From Botryllus schlosseri (Eukaryota), in contig CM119371.1 in NCBI GenBank assembly GCA_051294905.1, forward strand, positions 29,948,001 to 30,012,000: a stretch of DNA of 64,000 bases. The letters are read 5' to 3'. Under the pieces are notes generated by a model that saw only the letters and a list, made by a program, of their open reading frames with translations, did no database searches and was not told the origin of the DNA. Shown piece after piece: positions 1 to 12,038 of the stretch. Position 1 is the first letter of the stretch. Every line of letters begins with the position of its first letter. Position numbers and translations under genes: made by a program.

Positions 1-1204
1 GTCATCCGGTTGTTGATCTCCACGAAAGTGTCATTAACATTTAGTAGGCCTATATATTCTACTGTTTAAAATCAAGTCAGTAATGCGAAGTCAAGATGCC
101 GAAACTCATCCTCAACTATTGACAAATGCGTCAATTCATTTTGATCACTGATTATTTTATACCTATGTTATCCTTTATTTCCACCCAGTGCGTTTGTCTC
201 TTCTTTATATTGCCTCGGACCTGGGTGTTTGATTGCAAAGACTACTCCGCATTCTCGTGGTGTTTTGAAATGATGAAGTTTGTTAATAACCGATACTGAT
301 CCACACAAAATAATTAGTCTGCCCCATCGCATGAACAAAGAACATAAATGGCATTTGGCCGTTCGCAGTTTATCAAGAAAACTTATCTGAATTCCAGTGG
401 ATTTTGCTATCGTTTCGCGCGGAGATAGCACGTAACACCGATCGTAAAAGATGTTTGATGAGTTCCGGAATACCGAAGATTTTAATTGTTACCATCAGCT
501 CTTGAAGATCGACGGATGGCGACATTGAAGTCGACGGAGATTACGAACATTTTCGATGCCAGTGTCGGAGGCTGATATACCAGTAGGCTGAGTAGGCGAA
601 GGTAGATAGAATGCCGCAAGTCGTTTCGCTTCAACAGTGTTCAGTGTATCGTGTTGTGACTCGTGCGTCTTGAAAGGATGAACAATTGAACATGAACATG
701 CGGAACATGATAAATAAGTCATGGCCCGTAAGATTCATTACGTTCTATCTTATTGAGCTGGACGATTTCGATTCGTACCACATGCGATATCACGGATTTT
801 ACGATACCAATAACCAAAGAATATATCTTTATATAACATAATAACATCTCCTACTTTATTCTTTACCCAAAACAACCCAGATGTATCGGTTTACGGCAGG
901 CCTATGGCTATGCCCATTGCCCATGTCGTCGCGCAAGTTTTGATATCACAATACAAACACTTCGCCCAAAACCCATTGGTAGAGGTTGCCATGCGAAATC
1001 CTGGCCATCCGTATTGAATCAATGATATTGGTAAGGCTTTAGTACCCGACGGGGAGTCAGTTATCTTGTTCGGCATTTGTTTTCTATGTTCCGCTAAGCA
1101 TTTCCAAGCGTCTATTAGCCTCGAGGGGATGCTTGCATTGTATTGACGAGATCGGTAACTATTGAGATTATCTTGTATTATGGGAATGCCGTACTCTCTT
1201 ATCG

Positions 1205-1310
1205 CTCTCTATTCAGTCGCAAAGTAATTTAGACTTGAACCGTGACATTCTGTTTGATCTTAGCGATGATATCTCGCGGTGTTTGTTGTCGTCACACGTA
1301 ATCTGTTGCC
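1205..1310 (+). promoter_or_regulatory. Candidate TSS and non-coding first exon of neurabin
   Basis: Initiator-like ATTCAGTC at about 1211 in a CpG-richer stretch, with possible donors GTAATC/GTAAAT near 1298/1311. The exon at 7380 has an acceptor, so it needs an upstream exon or a trans-splice leader. Confidence 0.25.
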
Positions 1311-2527
1311 GTAAATGTCGCGGCATCTGGCGATTTTGTCGGCTGTTGCGTGAAAGCGATTACCATTTCCCTATGCAAGATTATAGTTAAGGGATTTGCG
1401 GCGACCGGCGTTTTCGGAGTTGACAGGCTGCAATATACAGGCTATATGTCCTACGAGTGTTGAGTTGTTCACTTCATCAGTTGTATGAGTGTGTATTGAA
1501 AGTGAATTAATATTATAGCAGTGATGCAGGTATTATGTAATGTCTAGCTATTTCCAGTAGGCCTACGGCACAGAGAGCGATTAATTCAATGCTTGTATCT
1601 TTGCTAATCATAGGATATTGACCTGATTATTCTGAATGCAACTCTGTAAATTCTGTAAGGAAGATCTCCTGCAAAATTATAAAACCTGCAGATTTCGTTG
1701 CGATAGTCAGCAGTCACCAGCACTGCAATAAGCCATAGTAGAGTATAGTTTTGTTGTATCATAATAAGCCCGATACGTTATAGTAAAACGTGACGCCATT
1801 CTCATTTCCTGAATGATTTTCCAATCGTTCGATTATTGATTTTCCGTTTGGTGCATATTAGCATTTATTTCCATGTCAACTTCAGGCACTTAGCATGCAC
1901 AAATCCATTATTCTATGAGGTTGATAATGGCGTAAAAAAAAAAGGTATTTTTATTTTTATCATCAAAATACGAGAAATAAAGCAGTTAACCGTGATAATA
2001 AGTTTAGCCCGCTATAACAAAATGTTATCAAAGCCGGTGTGACTGATATGCAGTGGGCTTGATAAGATTACAAAATACAAAATTTTGAATTTTCAATAAA
2101 AAGATAGATAAAATAACATAAAGGATAATATAAATGCAGCATGGCATTGCAATCATCCTACAGATTTAGATCTTGGTTGTATTCATAGATTTCACAGTGT
2201 AGCCTCTAGGTATGTATTTTACTATAAGAATAGTCGAATGACTTTTGAAGACTGATTGTGGTTGATTTTGAAGAATGTTTAAGACTTGGATTTCATGCAG
2301 TAGTGTTTGACCTGAGTAGACATTTCTCTATAATTTCATTGTATCCTACCAACAGAAATATAAGCTTTCATAGCTTGAAACTCTTTTGACACGTTACCTA
2401 ACTGAAGCAAAATTCCTATACTCGGCCTGAGGAGCCTTGTGATAACACAAAGAGCGATATATTATGGCTAGCAACAATAGGCAGCATTTTTACTATAGCG
2501 TGTTGGGTGCCTTTATTTTGTACATGC

Positions 2528-2945
2528 AAGCTAATGAAAAGCTAATGCAGCTAATTAAGCTAAGGAAAAGCTAATTAAGCTAATGAAAGGCTAATTAAGC
2601 TAATGAAAAGCTAAGTAAGCTAATGAAAAGCTAATGAAAAGCTAATTAAGCTAATGAAAAAGTAAGCTAATGAAAAGTAAGCTAATGAAAAGCTAATGAA
2701 GCTAATTAAGCTAATGAAAAGCTAAGTAAGCTAATGAAAAGCTAATGAAAAGCTAATTAAGCTAATGAAAAAGTAAGCTAATGAAAAGTAAGCTAATGAA
2801 AAGCTAATGAAGCTAATTAAGCTAATGAAAAGCTAATGAAAAGCTAAGTAAGCTAATGAAAAGCTAATGAAAAGCTAATTAAGCTAATGAAAAAGTAAGC
2901 TAATGAAAAGTAAGCTAACGAAAAGCTAATGAAACCAGCTAATGT
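2528..2945 (+). repeat. Left arm: array of 9-12-bp AAGCTAATGAA / GCTAATTAA / GCTAAGTAA units
   Basis: Visible tandem array with higher-order blocks starting at about 2641, 2752 and 2874. Confidence 0.95.
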
Positions 2946-3159
2946 AAAAATGAAGCCAATGAAGCAAGGAAGTAAGTCCAGATTAGTATTTTGCTCATAT
3001 GATTCTGGATGTATCAAATCCGAAATTTTAAATCCAAGTTTAGAATCTGGATATTCGATTCTCAATAGGGATTTTTGAATTATGATTGCAATAGTGCTAA
3101 TTCAGACCTAACTGCACCCTGCAAACCGGAAGATTTGACGGCACCGACAGGTTTGTTTT

Positions 3160-3412
3160 GGGGTGTTCATGGTGTGTCTCGACTACTATGGTCATGGTCA
3201 TGGTCATTTACACCAGGCAATTTTCTACATTTTTATTCCGTAGCGGCCGACTTGTGCAACGGCCCACATTCTTGGCTTTTATAAGACACCGCTTACACGG
3301 ATGAGATGGCACCTAGGTCGTAGGTAGGAATTCTCGAGTCGACCTCGGTCGGACTCGAACCCACAACCCATTGGTGTTGCAGCTGTGGATTATACCACTA
3401 CGTTATCTCGCC
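3160..3412 (-). mobile_element. tRNA-derived SINE-like element
   Basis: On the minus strand: A-box-like TAACGTAGTGG, CTGCAA loop, B-box GGTTCGAGTCC (3351-3361), then a body shared with the copy at 4205 (ATTCCTACC, CGGTGTCTT, CCTGGTGTAAA-TGACCA). Confidence 0.65.
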
Positions 3413-4204
3413 ACGACATACAGCGGTGATCTAAGACGAAGTTTTTCTGCCTACTCGGTGCTAAAGTGCCAGCACGCCTAGCATGATAATGTGGCCGGTT
3501 ATGTTTGCAAACTGAATTTGATAGCGTGAACGAACATGAACATTGAACATCAACGACGTTTCAAAGGGAGTTCATTTCTTGATGGTAATTAGTTAGGAAG
3601 GCAAGGAGGATTTGAAAACAGCATTGTCTCACAAGCTCCAGCATGCCTGCTATCAATCAACGCATCACACAAAACTGGATTAACCCGTTTCGGCACGCGA
3701 TATGTCTGGTAAACCGAATTCGCGTGGATATTGGTTGCGGGCTTGATAGTAATTTTTATTTTACAAATAAACTTCACATCATGATCGACAGATTATAATT
3801 TAGATTATTGATCGTTTTCTTTAGAACTGAATCATTCTGCGCATAATTTCAAAATTGGGAAGACTTCTTTTTCGTTACCTTTGCGAAACCTAAATGACGT
3901 ACTAGTGAGACATCGGCACCATTGTCATCCTGATAATGAGCAATGAGTAAACTAACGTTGAAAACGTCCGGATATGTACTACTTTGTTATTGCATATATT
4001 TGCTGCGCTGAATTGGGATATTCACGTATCATTTCTGCTTTATAATATTTCACAGGGAGGGGCAAGGTATAGCCTATCGACTAGCGAGTCGTAACGCATT
4101 CACGCTCGTGATCTTTTATTATAATATCCGACAAGAATCATGCTTAGCTAGCGCGGAATATACTTGACTAGTTCCGCTTTAGTTCGCTTGAATATATTCA
4201 CAGC

Positions 4205-4450
4205 TCCGCAGCTGCAAAACGAATTGGTTGGGGGTTCGAATCAGGCCCAAGTCGGTTCCAGTATTCCTACCCAAGTGTTTCTGGTTTAGGGTGTGGGCTT
4301 GTACTGCTCGTACGATCCGCGTAGACGGTGTCTTGCAAAGGCCCCGACCCATAATAGTCGGTGGATCAGGAACCGTAATAACGAATACCAGCCTGGTGTA
4401 AAATGACCAATGACCATCCTATAGTAGTAGAAACACCATTAATACCAACC
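4205..4450 (+). mobile_element. tRNA-derived SINE-like element, diverged relative
   Basis: GCTGCAA, B-box GGTTCGAATC (4233-4242) and the same body motifs in the same order; A-box unclear. Confidence 0.55.
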
Positions 4451-4765
4451 TACTACGTTAGTGTGACCACTGATAAGTGTGACTAACTGTCTCTAACATC
4501 AATTTTGTAATTCACATATCGATACATTTGTACGTGTACTTGAGGTAGAGTTGCAACGTCACCACAGAGTTAACATGTGTTTATCAAAGAACCTGATTGT
4601 GACGTCCCCTCGCTTCAGAAATTGTGCAAAATTTGCAACTTTCCCCGCGCGGCAGCGCTCGTAGCAATCCCATTGGGGTCATCATTTGAGGTAGCGAAGA
4701 ACAGTGGAAAGGATAGCAATTCTCATTGTTTTTTCCGCAACAGGGTTGCGTTTTCGTCTTGGATT

Positions 4766-5041
4766 ATGTCTCATCCTTGTACTGTTTGCGGACTTGATTG
4801 TTTAAAGTCCGACGAGTACGTCGAATGCTACGAACGCAACAGATACTCTCACTGTTCTTGTGCGAAGATCAGTAGCTTCAATGAGCGGAAAATCCAGATT
4901 TTCATATGTCGTTGTTGCATATTCTTCGAAGGTGAATTCAATTATGAGTGGGCATTGCAACATATTAGAGCAAATCCGGAACATTGTACAGCTATAAAAC
5001 GGATACTTAGCTTACTTTTCATTAGCTTACTTTTTCATTAG
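4766..5041 (+). pseudogene. Truncated PHD-finger ORF inside the foldback element
   Basis: MSHPCTVC...VECYER...HCSC...FICRCC gives C4HC3 spacing with one ligand changed to Arg (CGC). Preceded by an acceptor-like ttttttccgcaacag; the frame runs into the right repeat arm. Confidence 0.6.
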
Positions 5042-5398
5042 CCTAATTAGCTTTTCATTAGCTTTTCATTAGCTTACTTAGCTTTTCATTAGCTTTTCAT
5101 TAGCTTAATTAGCTTCATTAGCTTTTCATTAGCTTACTTTTCATTAGCTTACTTTTTCATTAGCTTAATTAGCTTTTCATTAGCTTACTTAGCTTTTCAT
5201 TAGCTTTTCATTAGCTTTTCATTAGCTTACTTAGCTTTTCATTAGCTTAATTAGCTTCATTAGCTTTTCATTAGCTTAATTAGCTTTTCATTAGCCTTTC
5301 ATTAGCTTACTTAGCTTTTCATTAGCTTAATTAGCCTTTCATTAGCTTAATTAGCTTTTCCTTAGCTTAATTAGCTGCATTAGCTTTTCATTAGCTTG
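5005..5398 (-). repeat. Right arm: inverted copy of the same tandem array
   Basis: TTCATTAGCTT units, reverse complement of the left arm. Confidence 0.95.
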
Positions 5399-6712
5399 CA
5401 TGTACAAAATAAAGGCACCCTAGCGTGTTTGCACTACTCAGGGGAGTATTTGTTGTATGACGCCTGTTGGGCAAGTTTGAAGATAAGTGTTTTACAAGGG
5501 AGGCAAACACACATCCTTTTGCATGGGCAGCATATTTTACCTGTCGAGATTGAGGAGTTGGAACTGTGTCGGTGTATGGTATCATGGAACACTTTCAACT
5601 GATGTTCATAGAGATAGAAAGGAATTAGTTCCCTTTGAGTTCGACTTGAATGTTCAGTAGCTTACTGATGATAAGCCTAAGAATGAAGGTAAGCAATACT
5701 TCTGTGGCGTGTGGTGTCATACCATTCCTATTGTGGATTGATGATACATTTTGCGTTAATAAAGGAGTTACTAATGGTAACATAATGGTTGTACCATACT
5801 ATTGACAATTTATGATAGCTATGCAGGCTTACCTACTGTATGCTTTTTAAGTAGCAGTAGGCTATCCACTTCGAATTGGATAGTTTATTTTGATTGAAAA
5901 GAATTGTGTGACTATGATGTTGATTATAGTGTTGTAATCAATTGTAGTTATTAACATCACCAGGTGTCAGTACGAAGCTATTTAGTTTTCATATTTTGGG
6001 ATATTATATATATTATGAATAGTGGCTTCTGTAATTAAGAAAAAATGTAAGTAATACAAATACTGCATGATAACAAATAGCATATGGTGTAATCTACTGC
6101 GTTCAGACACTGTTGATAAATATTCAATTATCTGTTAAACAATGCAATGAATGTTATAAGTCCTAACTGTGACAAGTCACACCGCACACCTTAACTACGC
6201 CTTGAAGATGTTACGCTTACGTCTACGTTATGTTATCTTGCATCTTAGTGAATCATAAGTAACCCGAGTCCCGAGGCAAGGATTTTATATTTTTATGTCA
6301 GGTCTGAAGCAATTTCCCGAGTATTTTTACAATCCGGCCAGATTAAATAAACATCAAAATAATGGCCGATATTGCTCTACCATAGGCGTATAATTCTAGC
6401 AATTTGATCAAATTATAAATGCTTGGTTGGTGGTTGCTTGCTGCTTACTACAATGCTGCTTGATAAGATAGATTGCTGAGCACTTTTGCACTGGTAACAC
6501 CAAGGGTCGAATTGGATTATCTGGATAATACAGTTTCATGAAAGTAAGTTGCATACAGTAGGATATTTTACTCAGTATTTTGGTCCCTCAATTTGTACTA
6601 TGCCTGATCATAGCAGTAATACCCATTGCGGATGAATCTGGAGTACACTTTAAGAAATGCCGCTGATTTGAACATTTTCACCTAAATTTGGATCAGTTTT
6701 GGATTTACTATC

Positions 6713-6896
6713 CAGGGTTGTAACCAAGTCACAAGGCTCCAAGTCACCAGTCAATCTCACTTCAATAGTTTTGACTCGAGTCATTTCGAGTCATTTTTGA
6801 TTCACCACCGAGTCAAGTCCGAGTCCAAGTCACCGTTGACTGCTCAGCTTCAACTCTGTTTGGTGATATCGAATGATTCGAGTCATTACAACCCTG
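6713..6896. mobile_element. hAT-type MITE (GACTCGAGTC-rich family)
   Basis: CAGGGTTGTAA...TTACAACCCTG termini; 8-bp TSD TTACTATC. Confidence 0.9.
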
Positions 6897-7397
6897 TTAC
6901 TATCTTCTCGAAGACAAATTCAGATACGGATTCGAACTTAAACCTAAAGCCGAAATATTGGAGAGGATTATTTTTGAAAGTATTAAATTATCTCATGTCT
7001 ACTTCATGACAATGGGAAGTTGTGATGTTGGCTCAAACGAAAAAATATTTATGTGCGTACTGTCCCCACCAGGATTCGATCCAATCTGTGGGCTAATTTT
7101 GCAAATAATTTCCAACCTGATTCATTCTGGCCCCTAAAATGCTGGCAAAGTTCAAGCATATAGCAAAATGCGGTAAAGTCCCAGCCAACTGCTTGACTTC
7201 ATTGCACAATGTAGGAAAGTCAAACTCCAAGTTATATTTCACTCAGCCCTTACCTAAATAGTCACTGACTTGACTAGGCCTGATCGAAAGTCAAAAACTA
7301 CATGCTGACAATTGAAGATATGATACAATTACTCTCGTATTCTACCGGCTGATGCTTGAAACATCGTTATTATTTACAGGATCGATAATACTAAGAG

Positions 7398-7504
7398 ATG
7401 ACTACGTCAGCCGCGCTGCATTCACCTCCGCACAGGAAGTATTCGAAACGTTTCAGCGCATTGCAAGACAGCTTAGTTAAAGAAATTGGTTCGGTCGAAG
7501 AAAG
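7398..7504 (+). CDS. PPP1R9A: Neurabin coding exon 1 (MTTSAALHSPPHRKYSKRFSALQDSLVKEIGSVEE)
   Basis: Acceptor tatttacag ends at 7379; ATG 7398; donor AG|GTGGGA at 7505. Phase 2, joining 22975 (AG|T = Ser). Resembles the vertebrate neurabin N-terminus (LRSASPHR..Y...FQAL). Confidence 0.8.
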
Positions 7505-8250
7505 GTGGGAATGGCGTAGTATATATACATTTAATTGTTACTATGGGCCCTGTAACAATGTGTTCAGTTCGATAGTTCAGTCTGTAACCAGGAAATAGGT
7601 ACAAAGACGTACGGTTCTGTTGTAATTTCCTGTTGAAACTCCCGTAGTTAGTAGAAAGTATTGGTGAAGCGTGAATGGAATATCACTACCGTGTGCTGTG
7701 TGATTGTCATGCCCATCACTAGAAAAATGTCATCAATATTTTAGTATTTAAAATCTCATGTCCGTAAATAATACTACTGGAGCAATTGTTTTGTAGATAT
7801 ATGATTTCCATTCCTGTTAATTAAGTAGCCCCATTAGGCTTTCTGAAACGAGGATTATGATTGATCAAATTTTACTTAGAAGTACTATGAGTGGAGCGAG
7901 ATGTGATAGTTGTTTTTATAAACCTAACACTGTTCACTTGATTAGATTAATAGCAGGTCTGCAGAGGTGTTCTTAAGTGACTGTAAACCAATTAGGATTA
8001 CTTCAAGGTTCCAGGCTTCCAGCTATTACGATTTCAATGGAAATAAAGTCAAAACTCAAAACTGATAAGTTTAGTATTGTGATAAGATAACTAGTTAACT
8101 GTGATCCAATTTATTTGAATTACTCCCACTTGCAATGCCAGTACATGGTACTAGGCACTGTACCTTTCAACATTATGATGACTTTTCAAGTTATAAAGAT
8201 AGAGCTGTGAGCTGTGACTATAAACTAATGCAAACTGCAATAGTTATTTA

Positions 8251-8492
8251 AAGAGCTTCTTGGAGGTACAAAACTCAGTCAACAAAAGGAGTTCGTGTAC
8301 CACCTAGAAATAGTACATTGAATGCTCTCTCATTCACGAAATTTCATGCTGGTGACGTCATATTTTGTGATACGATTGTTGATATACAATGTTCTTTCCA
8401 ATTCTCTACTAGTTGCTGACGATTACCCCTGACGAGTGTCAGCCGAAAATATTCGGGTTCATTTCAATATGAATATACTGTTCAGTTGAATA
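8251..8492. repeat. Dispersed palindromic MITE-like family (...ATTGAAATGAACCCGAATATTTTCGGCTGACACTCGTCAGGGG...)
   Basis: Related copies at about 18310-18470, 20440-20620, 23590-23820, 30240-30350, 33490-33660, 35820-35930, 41315-41515 and 58320-58640; several copies are self-inverted. Confidence 0.85.
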
Positions 8493-9054
8493 GTTATTTA
8501 ATAGATTTTTTTGGAGCCGTAGTATCAGATCGGTGTTTCTGGACAAATTGCTTGTCAGTCCCATAACGTTATTGTGGTCATTTATGGCAATGCGTACATG
8601 TTATGAATAAATCCATATTTACTTTCATTGTGAATGCAGTTCCTCGTGCATTTTGCATTAACCCTTTAATCTGTGTGCGGTTTGCCTTCCAAGACATTCT
8701 GTGTGGTATTTACACGATACAAATTTGACAACACGCAAGTTACGGGTTAATGTCTATTACTGTACTCGCTACTGTCTGGGTTTAATTTTGCTAATCACGA
8801 ATGATGTGAATGTGACAATGCGATAGGCCACTAAAAGTGAAATGCAATCCCATAATTTGCAAGTTGCATTCATAATAGTTTCAGTATCTATATAGAATGT
8901 GATAATAGACACTTTGCTCAAGTTTGATTATTTCCTACAGCGATGTATGCATGTTATGAATTTGCATTTCCGGAATATGCTGGGAAAAAGTAAACAATAT
9001 TATTTAATATGAAGTATAGGCCTTTGTAGTGAAATCAAAATCTCAACGTCATTA

Positions 9055-9136
9055 TTCTGTCCATTAGAAAATTGTTCTATGAAAAAGTTGTATGTCTCAT
9101 CTTGCCCGGTGTCTCATCTTAGCCTCCTCTCCCCTA
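9055..9136. repeat. Isolated terminal fragment of the GGGGAGAGG element family
   Basis: Matches 40293-40373 (gtctcatctt...cctcctctccccta). Confidence 0.75.
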
Positions 9137-11542
9137 TCTCAAAGTGCAATAAGCAATGGTCCTGCATTACTTCGATATTGCCACCATCATCATAGAATGA
9201 AGAATAGTTCGACTCCTGTGGCTGAAAAAAACTCAAATGCCCCATGCGGCACATTTGATGGCCTTGCCTTACTTGTTTAGTTTGTTTTATAAATACCATT
9301 GAGGATATTTCTAGGATGGGCTGTTTGTCTGCTATTATATTAGGTAGATAAAAGGGGACATTTCATGTATTGTCCATCTATCTGAATTCCTCAGAATAAT
9401 GTTGGTGTGTACAAGCTAATAGTGGCTGTGTGAGTTATCTGCACTGGTAGGTCAACAGAAACAGTGGAATTAGAATATATTATGCGGATTGCCGAACTAT
9501 ATTATTTTGATTGCAGACCTAAGGGCATCTATTGTAAATAAGGGGAATATTTAACTTAGCAGTTAGAATAAGGGCTGAGTGGTTTCTATTCGACGGGATT
9601 TAGTTTCCAAGATGATCTATCGGTTATTACACACTGTTTTTTATTCTAGGTTTTTGGAAATCTATAAATGTTCAATTTTGTGGCTGAAAATCATGCATAA
9701 GTTGAATTCTTCAGTTACTACGACATCTGCCTGTCTTATTGCAGAAAACTTCTATATCATATTCAGCCAATCAGTACTAGTAGGCTTGTCACAATGATTT
9801 TCAAGAGGGCTTGAACCATCCATTACAGACACGAATTAATGTCAAGAGTCGGTAGCTACAATTATAGACTGCCATCTGTACAACACCTACAGTACATAGA
9901 TGTTTGAATGTGTTGTTAGTTCATTTTGGAAAGGTAGGCTTACATTATTGATTAACTACTGCTGAGTCAAGCTTTAAATTTGTTAATTTTTCTGCCAGAT
10001 ACTTGTAAACATTCCTTGAGTCAGTTGTTGCTGTATGTCGGCTATCTCTTCTAATCAAGGAATATACAGAAGGTTAACTGTGTTGCCATGTCATACTTTG
10101 ATACTTGTATTGATATGACGGAAGATAGCCTGGTAGTTTTGGGTGAAGTCATTCCACGCCATAGTTGTGTGTCCACAGTGTGAGTGTATAACTGTATATT
10201 CTTGAGACTTTACGGTCAATAAGAATTCAGAGGTAATTTGATTGACTTTGTTTGTCAAGAGTCAAACCAGGGGTGTGTGTAAATTCTTTGCTTTGGTCCC
10301 ATTGAATTACATGGTCATGACAAACCGGTAAAACAATATTTGGTTGATGATAGCTTAAATTTTGTTCAGCTTTGATACAGTGCTACTAAAACTCAGTACC
10401 GGTAGTGGGGTTATCATAAATTATGCTACTGTTACCATATTTTGATATGTATTTATCAAGGTATTGATCACCATGTAACTTAAGGAGTGTAGTAGGCTAC
10501 TAGTACCACCACTGCTTTCAATACACAATGGAAACATTTTGTTCATATAAACTCCGTGATTCATAGGGCTGTGTTTATCAACGTCATGTTTCATTGATAC
10601 AGCATTGGAAGCTAGTACAATTTCCTTGCCTTGCAAGAACCAAGAACCACAGTCCAAAATGTATTTGTTTTGATCTGCATTATGTCATATCCTGTAGTAT
10701 CAAGGCGTTCCGACTATGCAGTATCCATGACAGTGTCTTGCTGGTGATTCAACAGGCGGCCGGCACTTCCTTGATTTTGTATCTTCTAAGAATAAGAGTT
10801 TGATTTCTGTCTTATGAAATGCCTTAGTAAGTTACACTAACTTTGATACTTATCTGATGATAAGATGATAGTGGATTTAAAAAATAAATCATGAATTTCT
10901 TTTGGTTCGATTGAAATCATATTTTTGTGCTGGGTAACTATTCAAAGATACTATCTAGTTGTGATTGGATCTCAAAAATACATCTGTAAAGGGTGCCCAA
11001 ATCTTCACTAGGTATCTAATTATACATGTTAGTAGTCTGTAAGTAGAGATGGGTACATATTGTATCCTGTCTTCATGAATATGGATTGAGCACGATTTGT
11101 TAAAACAGAGTACAAATACGATGCTGATTCTGTCCCTCAATACGGATCGGAAGATCCATGAGAGTTGAAGCGCATATTTTCCACTGTGTGTATCTTTAAT
11201 GATTCATGAGCTCCGCCTTCACATATATATAATCATAATTTGCGATTGAATAGGAATTGGAACTTAGTGGAAGTGTGAAAACACAATGACACAAAACACA
11301 AAGAGGCGCATTTTATAAGTGAATATGGAATAAGTGTAGGCTTACTTAGTAAAATAATATTATGGAGATAATCTCAAACATGAAAAAGCCCCATCATAAA
11401 GCTTCTGTGGCAGGCATTGCCCCATAGGGCTATTTACCGGTTATACCTCTTCAAAATAGCTTTTATTTTGTGAGGCAGGTCTATATTATCTTAGCCATGT
11501 TTAGGCAACTTGTTTTCTGTTGGAGGAACTGAATTCGGAACT

Positions 11543-11559
11543 ATGGACACTGAAGATGG
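11543..11559 (+). CDS. PPP1R9A: Candidate alternative first coding exon (MDTEDG)
   Basis: ATG GAC ACT GAA GAT GG followed by the consensus donor GTGAGT; phase 2 matches the exon at 22975. Confidence 0.45.
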
Positions 11560-12038
11560 GTGAGTGCGGTAGCAAATGCATTTTGAGCTGTGCGGTGTCC
11601 GAGTATGCGGCTATTATTTGTTGAAAAATTACTAATGCTGATATATGTGATGCATGTTGTATTTACGGGTGGCCTATTGACAGTGATGTATCTTGACATC
11701 ATCGGCGTTTGATGATGATTGTTGTTGCATCTTAATCTGATTACAGAGTGTGGTATGTGTTGATTGTGAATTTTTGCGGTCGGATTATCTATAATCCGCG
11801 CCTAGTGTGAGATGTAGGCCTAGACTTCACATTTGTTTCGCTGGTACTAACTTTTCTGAAATTATGAAAGTTATTGATGAGCAGAGTGACTTCAAATATG
11901 CCTTGTTAAGTTAGCGAAATTTAATGCCAGGATATGTGCGTTTAATGCGAGTTCATTTAGATTTTTATTGAATCAATTTCATGTAAAGGTTCTGGCAAGG
12001 TGTGTTGGGAATTGGGATTAGTCGCATTCACACTATAC

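Larger units (their letters stand above)
2505..5420. mobile_element. Foldback-type (Mutator/FB-like) DNA transposon with tandem-repeat inverted arms
   Basis: Ends GGGTGCCTTTATTTTGTACATGCAAGCTAATG... and its exact reverse complement; 9-bp TSD TAGCGTGTT at 2496-2504 and 5421-5429; arms of about 420-440 bp. Confidence 0.92.

Noticed and set aside
168..1076. Three short minus-strand ORFs suggesting a divergent gene
   Set aside because: No recognisable domain and no consistent splice or phase chain; a divergent non-coding exon cannot be excluded.
2528..2945. Possible CRISPR array or telomeric repeat
   Set aside because: No unique spacers, eukaryotic context, and the array is one arm of a TSD-flanked inverted repeat.
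3340..3412. Functional tRNA-Cys gene
   Set aside because: A/B boxes and a GCA-like loop are present, but I could not form a convincing cloverleaf and the sequence continues into a SINE-like body.
8247..8260. Kolobok assignment for the palindromic AAGAGCTTCTTGGAGG family (TTAA|AG end)
   Set aside because: TTAA flank seen at only one copy, with no intact two-ended copy to confirm a TSD.
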